Source: an uncultured archaeon (GTDB lineage: Archaea > Asgardarchaeota > Thorarchaeia > Thorarchaeales > Thorarchaeaceae). Taken from it: a stretch of 12,243 nt of DNA. The notes below the pieces were generated by a model. That model had not been told where the DNA came from. It did not search any database and saw only the letters and a list, made by a program, of their open reading frames with translations. The stretch covers positions 1-12,243 of the forward strand of contig CAZVZC010000048.1 in NCBI GenBank assembly GCA_964631415.1, written 5' to 3'. Below are positions 1 to 7,181 of the stretch, piece by piece. Positions within the stretch are counted from its first letter, which is position 1. The number at the start of each line of letters is the position of its first letter. The position numbers were made by a program, and so were the translations under genes.

Positions 1-80
1 CCGCCATCGTTCTTTCCATGGAGGGCCTTGTCTGGCGACCCCTGATGAGAAGGCATGAGAAACACGAGGTGGTTGGCTAA
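1..80 (+). CDS. 3' end of NitT/TauT-family ABC transporter permease (partial)
   Basis: Frame from nt 3 reads AIVLSMEGLVWRPLMRRHEKHEVVG* (TAA at 78-80). The 'xxLVWRPL' ending is typical of NitT/TauT permeases. It ends 2 nt before the ATPase start. Confidence 0.75.
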   Translation, partial: AIVLSMEGLVWRPLMRRHEKHEVVG

Positions 81-82
81 TC

Positions 83-892
83 ATGGCAATACTCGATGTC
101 CAATCGGTTGGCAAGAGTTTCACAAAGGACAGGACGGGGATCGAAGTCCTGCATGACGTTTCGTTCTCCGTGGAGGAGGAGTTCGTCTGCATCGTCGGTC
201 CGTCAGGTTGCGGCAAGTCTACACTTCTTCGGATAGCCGCCGGACTCGAACATGCGGACTCAGGCCAGATACTCTTCAAAGGAGAACCCGTAATCAGGCC
301 TACTCCGAAGATTGCGATGGTCTTTCAGCTCTTCGGGTTGTTGCCTTGGAAGACAGCATTAGAGAACGTAATGCTGCCCTTGGAGATTGCGGGCCTCGAT
401 ATGGAGGCACGTCGTGCTCGTGCCTTTGAAAACCTGCACGGTGTTGAACTAGACGGATTCGAGAACACATACCCCCATGACCTCTCTGGTGGCATGAAGC
501 AGCGTGTTGGCATCGCACGTGCTCTTGCGCTCCACCCGGACGTTCTGCTGATGGATGAGCCATTCTCTTCATTGGACGAACTGACGGCAAAGACTCTGCG
601 GGAGATGGTCCTAAGAATCTGGCGTAGCCCCGATCCTCCTAACACGTTCGTGATGGTAAGCCACAATGTGGAGGAGGCTGTTTTGATGGCAGATAGAGTC
701 ATCGTTATGTCCTCTCGACCAGGCCGAGTCATGGGGGACGTCCAAGTCGACATACCTCGACCTAGGATTCAGCATTGCCGGGGTAATCAGTACTACAGTT
801 TTGTGGATGAGGTGGTGGGTCTTCTGGAGAAAGGAAAGACCATGCCATCGACCTCATACGATACATCCGAACACGTGGCAACACCACGGTGA
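83..892 (+). CDS. NitT/TauT-family (nitrate/sulfonate/bicarbonate) ABC transporter ATP-binding protein
   Basis: Walker A GPSGCGKST, Q-loop MVFQ, signature LSGGMKQR, Walker B LLMDEPFSSLD, H-loop SHN and family-typical 'MSSRPGRV...IPRPR'. GAGGTGG SD upstream. Confidence 0.93.
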   Translation: MAILDVQSVGKSFTKDRTGIEVLHDVSFSVEEEFVCIVGPSGCGKSTLLRIAAGLEHADSGQILFKGEPVIRPTPKIAMVFQLFGLLPWKTALENVMLPLEIAGLDMEARRARAFENLHGVELDGFENTYPHDLSGGMKQRVGIARALALHPDVLLMDEPFSSLDELTAKTLREMVLRIWRSPDPPNTFVMVSHNVEEAVLMADRVIVMSSRPGRVMGDVQVDIPRPRIQHCRGNQYYSFVDEVVGLLEKGKTMPSTSYDTSEHVATPR

Positions 893-1031
893 GTCACGGA
901 CTCGCAGCTTTCCCTCGGAGTCACGCGCGACCATTTCGTCTGCCCTGGTTGGGCCGAGGCTCCACGGCTTCTGCTGCACGAGCCAATTCCCAAACTGTCA
1001 TCTAGGACCTTCTCGGCTGGCTCTGCGATGT

Positions 1032-2030
1032 TCAGCGGGCTTTGAGTATGATGCTCTTCACAGCCATCACTGGCTTGAGCCCTCTCGCTAGCAAGAGAAT
1101 CGCAAGGAGAATCATCATGGCTCCTGCAAACCCTGTGCTGACTGTCGCGCTCCATGTGAGGAGTTGTTGCTCCAAGTTGACTCCGAACCGGGCAAAGACG
1201 AATGAAGAGAAGCCAAACACGCTGCCGCACATGGAGATCATGGTGGGCACCTTTCTGCCCACGCCCATATGCAGTCCTGCAATGTTCAGCTCAATGGGCT
1301 TCTCCTGAATTGTGACCTTGACTTTTTCCACTCCAAGAGGCCTGATAGACCCATCACGGTCGACCAGCTGGAACTCCACAGTCAGATCAAACTTCCCGGT
1401 GGCCAACGGGAGCACTTTGAACTCGGCCCTTGTTTGGCTCTCGACCTCTTCCACCTTGATGTCTCTGAAGCTGGGCGAGATGTTGCAGCCGCTGCAGACC
1501 GGGACGACTCTCACCTGAGATGTCTTGGGCAGCTGGTAGGTGGTGTCGGACACCTTTGTCGTTGACCCAGCGGGTCCGACGATTATCATGTCTGCTTCAT
1601 GCAGTGTGACTATGAGGTCATACTCCTCCTTCAGGCACATTCGCTCCCAGTATGATATCGAAGACTTTCGCTCAAGCACATCAGCCGCGCGCGTGCCGCT
1701 GGGAGGAGCCGGGCTTGGAGCGGCACCAGACGGAGGCGCACTGGGACGGGCAATCTCTTCCCGAAACTCGTCGCGGTCCATAACCGATGCCTTCTCCATA
1801 GCTGAGGGGCGCATCCGCGATCTGACTCTCTCTTCCTCCATCGGCATTCTGGTCGTCGGTATCTCTTCGGCTTCACGCTTCTTCTCCACGGCAGCGGCCG
1901 GGGGTGTCGGCGGGGCTTGTTCTGCGCTTGGTGCTGCACGTCCGATTGGTCTTCTATCTCTGCGATACTCTGCGTACGCAAGCACAAGAAGTGAAACCAT
2001 GAGAATACCGAATGCAATCAAGTCTAACAT
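1032..2030 (-). CDS. Hypothetical membrane protein: N-terminal TM, Pro/Ala-rich linker, beta-sandwich-like domain with CxxC, two C-terminal TMs
   Basis: 332-aa ORF with hydrophobic aa 1-20 followed by RRDRR, an APPSG low-complexity region, alternating beta-strand patterns (VRVVPVCSGC, AEFKVLP, FDLTVEF, VKVTI) and two hydrophobic C-terminal helices. Confidence 0.8.
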   Translation of the reverse strand: MLDLIAFGILMVSLLVLAYAEYRRDRRPIGRAAPSAEQAPPTPPAAAVEKKREAEEIPTTRMPMEEERVRSRMRPSAMEKASVMDRDEFREEIARPSAPPSGAAPSPAPPSGTRAADVLERKSSISYWERMCLKEEYDLIVTLHEADMIIVGPAGSTTKVSDTTYQLPKTSQVRVVPVCSGCNISPSFRDIKVEEVESQTRAEFKVLPLATGKFDLTVEFQLVDRDGSIRPLGVEKVKVTIQEKPIELNIAGLHMGVGRKVPTMISMCGSVFGFSSFVFARFGVNLEQQLLTWSATVSTGFAGAMMILLAILLLARGLKPVMAVKSIILKAR

Positions 2031-2115
2031 GTTCCAGTACCGGCTGCACGGTCGCCCACACTCACATAAATGAGTTGTTGGGTGGTAGCCAACCTCCGGT
2101 GGTGCCGGTCCATCA

Positions 2116-2526
2116 TCAGGTCTTGCCCGGGTGCAGTGTCAAGCCAACGATGAGGTTTGAGAACATGTAGGCCATGAGTACGTAAGGCCACATGTAGCCT
2201 GCAAGTATATTCCAACCAATCAGGATCTCCGCGACCGAACGCCCGATGGCGAAACTGCCGACCCATTCGAACAGCTCCTCGAGCACAAGCCACAGAATGC
2301 CCACATGAATCAGGTCCAATGTGTTGTACTTTCCGACGTATCGCAGTAGCAGGTATGCAAAGATGAAGATGTACACTATTCGAGTGGACATGCCGATCTG
2401 ATGTGCGAAGAGGGTGCCCCACATGGGCTCGTAGATGAGATTCATGAGCACGAAGAAGTTGAACCCTGATACCAGTGTTTCCATCAGCCATACCCGTACG
2501 GCGGTTCTGAGCAGAGGATTGTTCAT
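2116..2526 (-). CDS. Conserved hypothetical 4-TM membrane protein
   Basis: 136 aa with four hydrophobic segments. Motifs 'P..G...AHQI', 'G..WL.L...FE' and 'N...G..WP.VL' resemble a widespread uncharacterised membrane family (recalled, not searched). Ends in a double TGA stop. Confidence 0.8.
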   Translation of the reverse strand: MNNPLLRTAVRVWLMETLVSGFNFFVLMNLIYEPMWGTLFAHQIGMSTRIVYIFIFAYLLLRYVGKYNTLDLIHVGILWLVLEELFEWVGSFAIGRSVAEILIGWNILAGYMWPYVLMAYMFSNLIVGLTLHPGKT

Positions 2527-2627
2527 GGCAGATTGCGCTCCCGGATTGCCTACCGACCTTGGCCCCGCTGCGACGAGGCCGGTCTCTTAAGAAGTCGTCT
2601 GTGTTGTGTCGAATGGCCCACTGTACT

Positions 2628-3266
2628 CTATGGGGCGGGATAAGACAACTCCCATCCAGGATGATAGTCGTTAATGAGCCCCAGGATCTCTGTGTGGTCA
2701 GAGGTTCCGAAGAATGGTTCAGGGTCTATCCATTCGTTGCCGGTCACGACTCCAAAGTGGATGTGGGCAGCATCTTCGACGAACAAGAAGAGGCCTATCA
2801 GATCGCCTTTCTGAACCCAATCTCCTTCCTGCACGGTCAACATACTGAGTTGCCTGTTCTGATCTCCGACCACATGAGTGAAGGGCTCGAAGCCGTAGCG
2901 GACAACCACGGTCGCATTGAAGCGGATTACCACGTAGATGTTGTACATGTTCAGAGTGGTGTCCGGGTTTTCACGCCAGCTGACTTCCTCAACGTAACCC
3001 GGCGCTGCAGCAATCACCTGAGAATTGTTATAGAAGAAGTAGTCTATGCCATTGTGAATGAAGCCCCAAGGACAGTCAGTCGTTTCGCTATACCCCTCGT
3101 TGTAGCTGCAGATGTCCGAACGGTTGACATAGATCACGCCCATGTAGTCAAGCCTGTCAGATGCATACCTGTCGCCAGGGTCGAACGTGCTGGGTCGCAG
3201 AAAGACAATGCCGATACCGACTATGACTATCAGTACAAGAAACAGAACAAGCAATCCGCGGCGCAT
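2628..3266 (-). CDS. Membrane-anchored M23 (LytM-like) zinc metallopeptidase
   Basis: N-terminal TM/signal anchor, HxxxD (H71-NGI-D75), 'VIAAAPGYV', 'VQEGDWVQKGDLIG', HxH (H168-I-H170-FG) and terminal 'IDP'. AGGTGG SD and a GTTAATA TATA-like box upstream. Confidence 0.88.
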   Translation of the reverse strand: MRRGLLVLFLVLIVIVGIGIVFLRPSTFDPGDRYASDRLDYMGVIYVNRSDICSYNEGYSETTDCPWGFIHNGIDYFFYNNSQVIAAAPGYVEEVSWRENPDTTLNMYNIYVVIRFNATVVVRYGFEPFTHVVGDQNRQLSMLTVQEGDWVQKGDLIGLFLFVEDAAHIHFGVVTGNEWIDPEPFFGTSDHTEILGLINDYHPGWELSYPAP

Positions 3267-3338
3267 GGGCTTTTGCCACCTGAAGGACCTATTAACTCTC
3301 TTAGTTTCTCCCCCCCGCGCCCATCAATGTGCAATGCT

Positions 3339-4217
3339 TCAGACTTCGACCCCGAGGAATAACCTCACCAGCAGACCTATCACAAAAGTCAGGCCGGCCA
3401 CGCCGAGGCTTATCGAGGCGGTTTCTAGGAACTTCTTCCTGAAAGGCAGGTTCTTTGCGACAGAGATGTAGAACGTGAAGACGAAAAGAATGAGAATCGC
3501 GCCGAGCACAGATGTGACGAGGGAGAGGTAGATGTTCTCAAGGAGCATGAAGGGCATTATCAGGACAAGCACCGTCATGAAATAGGTGAGTGTCGTGTAC
3601 ATGGAGGCCTTCTTCGGGCTCTTGTCTCCTCCCTCCGACTTTGTTGAGAGGTACTCTGATGTTCCCATTGATAGCGATGCGGCGATCCCTGTTATCAAGC
3701 CGGTCACACCGACTAGGTGGGCGTTCTGAAGGGCGAAGGTGAATCCCGCCAATGCACCCGTGAATTCGACGAGCGCGTCGTTGAGTCCGAGGACCATTGA
3801 GCTGACGTATTTCAGCCTCTCCTCATTTATCAGATCGAGAAGCTCCTTCTCATGTTCGGTTTCGTCCTTGAAAATCCCGAGGGCCTGTGGCGCCTGCTCT
3901 GAGATACTCTCGTAGAACTTCATTGCGCCTTCTTCCCCGCGTTCCATGAGCTTCATTGCAAAGGTCAGGCCGAGAAGCCTTGAGATCAGCATGTACTTCC
4001 AGACCTTGAGGGTACTCTGCTTCGGCTCCGCTTTCGTGAGCTCCTTCCAGATGTTATAGTGCCCAAGCTCGTCCTCTGAGAGCTGCTTCAGGGTCTTCTT
4101 GTTCTTCTCGTCCTTGGACGACCTTGCGAGCTTGTCGTAGATTATGTGTTCGGTGAGTTCCTGCCTCTGGCAGGCGATGAGGGTCTTCCTCAATTCCTCG
4201 CTGAGAGTCTGGGACAT
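3339..4217 (-). CDS. Rubrerythrin/ferritin-like domain fused to VIT1/CCC1 iron transporter (MbfA-like architecture)
   Basis: N-terminal diiron pattern QELTEHIIY, DELGH (ExxH), GEEGAMKFY, DETEH (ExxH). C-terminal VIT1 motifs VLGLNDALVE and SLSMGTSEYLS, with about five TMs. Confidence 0.92.
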   Translation of the reverse strand: MSQTLSEELRKTLIACQRQELTEHIIYDKLARSSKDEKNKKTLKQLSEDELGHYNIWKELTKAEPKQSTLKVWKYMLISRLLGLTFAMKLMERGEEGAMKFYESISEQAPQALGIFKDETEHEKELLDLINEERLKYVSSMVLGLNDALVEFTGALAGFTFALQNAHLVGVTGLITGIAASLSMGTSEYLSTKSEGGDKSPKKASMYTTLTYFMTVLVLIMPFMLLENIYLSLVTSVLGAILILFVFTFYISVAKNLPFRKKFLETASISLGVAGLTFVIGLLVRLFLGVEV

Positions 4218-4311
4218 GGAGCTGCTTCAGGATTCCTGCTCTTATGTTTCTTCTGCATCTCCGGCAGATGCTCGGCGGCCCACACTGACGTCCGATTCGA
4301 TCCTCTCTGCA

Positions 4312-4737
4312 CTAACGGAGTGCGGCAGATCCGAGGATGCGGTTTCCAATGAGCCGCTCAATCTCATCCCGTATCTCTCTGAACTTCTGTAGCTTCTCGT
4401 CACGACTGCCCTGAAATGTGGCTGGATCTTCGATTGACCAATGCTCCGTGTGCTTCGCACCCGGGAAGAACGGGCAAACCTGTCTGGCCTTGTCGCAGAC
4501 AGTCACAACTAGGTCGAACGACTGGTCCACAAACGTGTCGACCTTCTTGGTATGCAGGCCCCGCACGTCAGCGCCGCGTTCTCTCAGCACCTCAAGGGCA
4601 AGTGGATTGACCTCAGGCGCGATTGATGTCCCCGCGCTGTGCGCCTCATATTTGCCGCTGCCCAGTAGTCTGAGAATTGCTTCGGCCATCTGGCTTCTGG
4701 CTGAATTCCCGCTACAGATGAAAAGCACGCGTTGCAT
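4312..4737 (-). CDS. arsC: Arsenate reductase, thioredoxin-coupled (LMW-PTP fold)
   Basis: P-loop C8-SGNSA-R14-SQMAE, resolving pair C81/C88 (VTVCDKARQVCP) and HWSIEDP. This matches the three-Cys spacing of Staphylococcus/Bacillus ArsC. Confidence 0.9.
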   Translation of the reverse strand: MQRVLFICSGNSARSQMAEAILRLLGSGKYEAHSAGTSIAPEVNPLALEVLRERGADVRGLHTKKVDTFVDQSFDLVVTVCDKARQVCPFFPGAKHTEHWSIEDPATFQGSRDEKLQKFREIRDEIERLIGNRILGSAALR

Positions 4738-4759
4738 ACGATGGCTAGGGAACAGACCG

Positions 4760-4767
4760 ATTTAACG
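4760..4767 (-). promoter_or_regulatory. Putative TATA box of arsC (probably leaderless mRNA)
   Basis: Minus strand CGTTAAAT lies about 23-30 nt upstream of the ATG at 4737, and there is no SD. Confidence 0.45.
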
Positions 4768-4839
4768 TTGTGTTCATGGCAGTCTGCAAGATAGCCATTA
4801 TTGCCGGTGGATACGCTTGGCTGATGATGGCGCTTCGAA

Positions 4840-5856
4840 CTAGACGTGAGCTCCAATTGTCCTGTTGATAGCGACCTCTCCGATGTCCGCGCAATAGGAA
4901 GCGATTCTCATCAGGTGGTATATGAAGACAGCCTTGTGAGAGGAGGGCGTGTCCTCGATTGATGATTCGAGAGCTGCGAGTCTATCTGCAAGGTCTTCAG
5001 CATTGCTCAAAGACTTCAGAGCGTCCGCCGACTCAACCTTAGCGTCAAAGCTGTGGTTTCCTTGCTGGGTTTCTACCACAAAGAAGACCCGTGATGCGGT
5101 ATCGTATACGTTGAACAGCTCGTCGCCGAGGCCAAGAACCTCCAGATCCACAGAGCCCAGCTTGACGAGTTCTTTCATCGCCCCGCATATGTGGTCAGCT
5201 ATGCGCTCGATGTATTTGGCCGCTAAGCTGAAGTGCAGTGCATCGGATGGTGAGATCTCAATCTTCCTGGCATATGTCGGGTCCTGTAAAGCAAGGTGGC
5301 ACAGACGCTCGACGAAGTAGCGATGACGATCGACATCCTCATCCCTGTCCACGATAGTATTAGCCTCGCCGAGTTCACCTGTCTTCATTGCTCTCAGAAG
5401 CCCTGTGAGCATGTACTTCGTTGTGGAGAACTGTCGCTTGAGAATGGGGCTGATCACCTGTTTCTCGCTCGTGTCTCCTATGAGTAGGCGCTTTTCGTCC
5501 TCCTCTAGCACCTCGAACCCGGGCAGGCGCCTTACCAGCTTACTCGTTTCCTCTCTCGCTGCCATGTCGATTGGCTTTGCGAATGAGATTTCGAAGGAGT
5601 CTACCCCCACAATGTAGGCTCCGACTAGGAGACTCTGAATGCTCCCGCCACCACTGTTGTCCATAGCGAACTTGATCGGACCTGTCAGCGGCTTCTCTAC
5701 CTGGGGTGGCAGGATTTCGAGTGTGCCGCTTGCGGTTTCATCGATTCTCACTTCAGGGTTCTCAGTGTCTGTGAGACCAAACCGATCGCACCACTCCCGA
5801 GGCAAGTAGAGATAGAATGAGTTGCGGACTTTGTTCAGCTTTCGAGTTATTGTCAC
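4840..5856 (-). CDS. Archaeal phosphate-uptake regulator: AbrB/MazE-type DNA-binding domain plus PhoU domains
   Basis: N-terminal 'RKLNKVRNSFYLYLPREW' (AbrB-like), middle 'LLVGAYIVGVD...LPGFEVLEE', PhoU repeats 'RDEDVDR', 'IERIADH' and 'LMRIASYCADIGE'. GTG start with an in-frame TAG 5 codons upstream. Divergent from pstS. Confidence 0.9.
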   Translation of the reverse strand: MTITRKLNKVRNSFYLYLPREWCDRFGLTDTENPEVRIDETASGTLEILPPQVEKPLTGPIKFAMDNSGGGSIQSLLVGAYIVGVDSFEISFAKPIDMAAREETSKLVRRLPGFEVLEEDEKRLLIGDTSEKQVISPILKRQFSTTKYMLTGLLRAMKTGELGEANTIVDRDEDVDRHRYFVERLCHLALQDPTYARKIEISPSDALHFSLAAKYIERIADHICGAMKELVKLGSVDLEVLGLGDELFNVYDTASRVFFVVETQQGNHSFDAKVESADALKSLSNAEDLADRLAALESSIEDTPSSHKAVFIYHLMRIASYCADIGEVAINRTIGAHV

Positions 5857-5995
5857 ATGGGCCGTTTCCTAGGCCCGACTTGATAAGCGTTGGCATATGA
5901 AGCATATACGACATTTGCAGGCAGCTGAAACGCATGCACATCATTTATCTTCTGTTGCTTGTCGCGACGTTTTGAATAGAAAGGAGAATAAAAAC
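5857..5995. promoter_or_regulatory. Divergent promoter region between the AbrB-PhoU regulator and the pst operon
   Basis: TATA-like CTTATC on the minus strand (5882-5887), about 26-31 nt from the GTG. TTTATCT on the plus strand (5944-5950) and SD AAGGAG (5981-5986) precede pstS. Confidence 0.6.
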
Positions 5996-7042
5996 ATGAA
6001 CAAGAATGTGACCAATCTTTTCGTTTGTTTGCTGATTGGCATCGTCATAGGTGCAGGCACAGTATTGGTAGTCATGTCACCTAGCGGCCAAGCAACTTAC
6101 ACGGTCACTACGGCTGGCTCCACGACACTCTATCAGCTCAGCCAAGAATGGGCAACTAGATTCCAGGAGGACTTCCCCGCTTTCGTGGTCAATCCTGCAT
6201 CAGGTGGTTCGGGGCTGGGGCAGTCACAAGTGGCTGAAGGCTTGATACATATCGGCGCATCTAGCTCTTACCCGTCTGCCGATTACCGCGGCAACAACAC
6301 GAACGTGAAGATTCTGCCTGTGTCGGCTGACGCACTTGCCATTGTCGTCAATCCCTCGGTCAACGGTTCTGTCTTCAGACTCGATTCAGACATGGCTGCG
6401 GCTGTTTTCCAGGGCAACATCACCACATGGGAGGAGTTTGAGTCGACCTTCGGCGTACAGGTAGCAGCAGCCGGCGAGATAGAAGTGTTCGTGAGATCTG
6501 ACGCAAGTGGCACGACTGCAACGTTCGGCAAGTGGCTGATGACATCAACCAGCAATCCGAACCCTCACGCGAACTTCACCTGGACACTGGGCGACCACGA
6601 GGCCATCACGTGGGCAGCGGGGATCAATGCAGTTGTTGGTAATCTCGGTGTTGCTTCAGGAGTTGAGGCAAACGTCAAGGCGATAGGCTATGTGGGTCTT
6701 GCCTTCACGGAAGGTCTGACTGATGCTGAGCTCTACAACTATGGAAATGGTCAGTGGGTGGCCCCGTCACTGGAGAATGCTCTGAAGGCCATCCCCTCCG
6801 AGTTGGCTGATCCCGGTCAAAATCTGATGAACTCACCCACTCCGGATGCATACCCGATAGCCAGGCTTCTCTACTACTTGGTGAACGAGGAGAACCTGCC
6901 TTGGTACGTCATTGTGTTCCTCGACTGGGCTATTGCACAGGGCCAAGGATACGCATCTGGGGTCGGATACGTGCCAATCAACGGAACGGCGGCAGCCCTA
7001 TACACTCTGAACGCCCTTGGCACGCTAGCACCAACAGCGTAG
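5996..7042 (+). CDS. pstS: Phosphate ABC transporter substrate-binding protein PstS (TM-anchored)
   Basis: Motifs AGSTT, GGSGLG, RSDASGTT, AIGYV and YPIARLLY. Start moved from the ORF-track 5897 to ATG 5996, which has an AAGGAG SD and is followed directly by a TM anchor. No lipobox; several NxS/T sequons. Confidence 0.93.
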   Translation: MNKNVTNLFVCLLIGIVIGAGTVLVVMSPSGQATYTVTTAGSTTLYQLSQEWATRFQEDFPAFVVNPASGGSGLGQSQVAEGLIHIGASSSYPSADYRGNNTNVKILPVSADALAIVVNPSVNGSVFRLDSDMAAAVFQGNITTWEEFESTFGVQVAAAGEIEVFVRSDASGTTATFGKWLMTSTSNPNPHANFTWTLGDHEAITWAAGINAVVGNLGVASGVEANVKAIGYVGLAFTEGLTDAELYNYGNGQWVAPSLENALKAIPSELADPGQNLMNSPTPDAYPIARLLYYLVNEENLPWYVIVFLDWAIAQGQGYASGVGYVPINGTAAALYTLNALGTLAPTA

Positions 7043-7057
7043 GCTTCCACCACCGAA

Positions 7058-7085
7058 GGGAGAGCTGGCAGACACCAGTTCTTCT
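7058..7085 (+). terminator. Stem-loop after pstS (partial terminator or mRNA stabiliser)
   Basis: GGGAGAGCTGG-cagaca-CCAGTTCTTCT forms 11 bp including 3 G-U pairs, 15 nt after the stop, followed by pyrimidine-rich sequence. Confidence 0.5.
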
Positions 7086-7181
7086 CCCCCGAGTTCCTTT
7101 ATCAGACAACTAGAATAATGGGGGTTTCAACATGCGAGTCAGTGTTTCTGAAGGCCGACAGCAGAGCTTGGTGAGAAGAAG

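Noticed and set aside
891-1031. Possible SECIS or ncRNA in the convergent gap (GAGTC-ACG-GACTC hairpin, GAGTCACG twice, ATGA...AA on the minus strand)
   Set aside because: No convincing long stem or GA quartet, and the flanking genes have no in-frame UGA at a catalytic position.
2559-3362. 267-aa plus-strand ORF
   Set aside because: Antisense shadow of the M23 gene with no motifs. The same applies to the other short overlapping ORFs in the track (e.g. 325-753, 1540-2073, 7139-7633, 8338-8778).
3339-4217. Ferrosome or encapsulin-type iron-phosphate storage organelle
   Set aside because: No P1B-type ATPase or encapsulin shell gene in the window. The gene alone is a common MbfA-like transporter.
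5897-5995. N-terminal extension of PstS in the ORF track
   Set aside because: It runs through the promoter, and ATG 5996 has a good SD and precedes the TM anchor.
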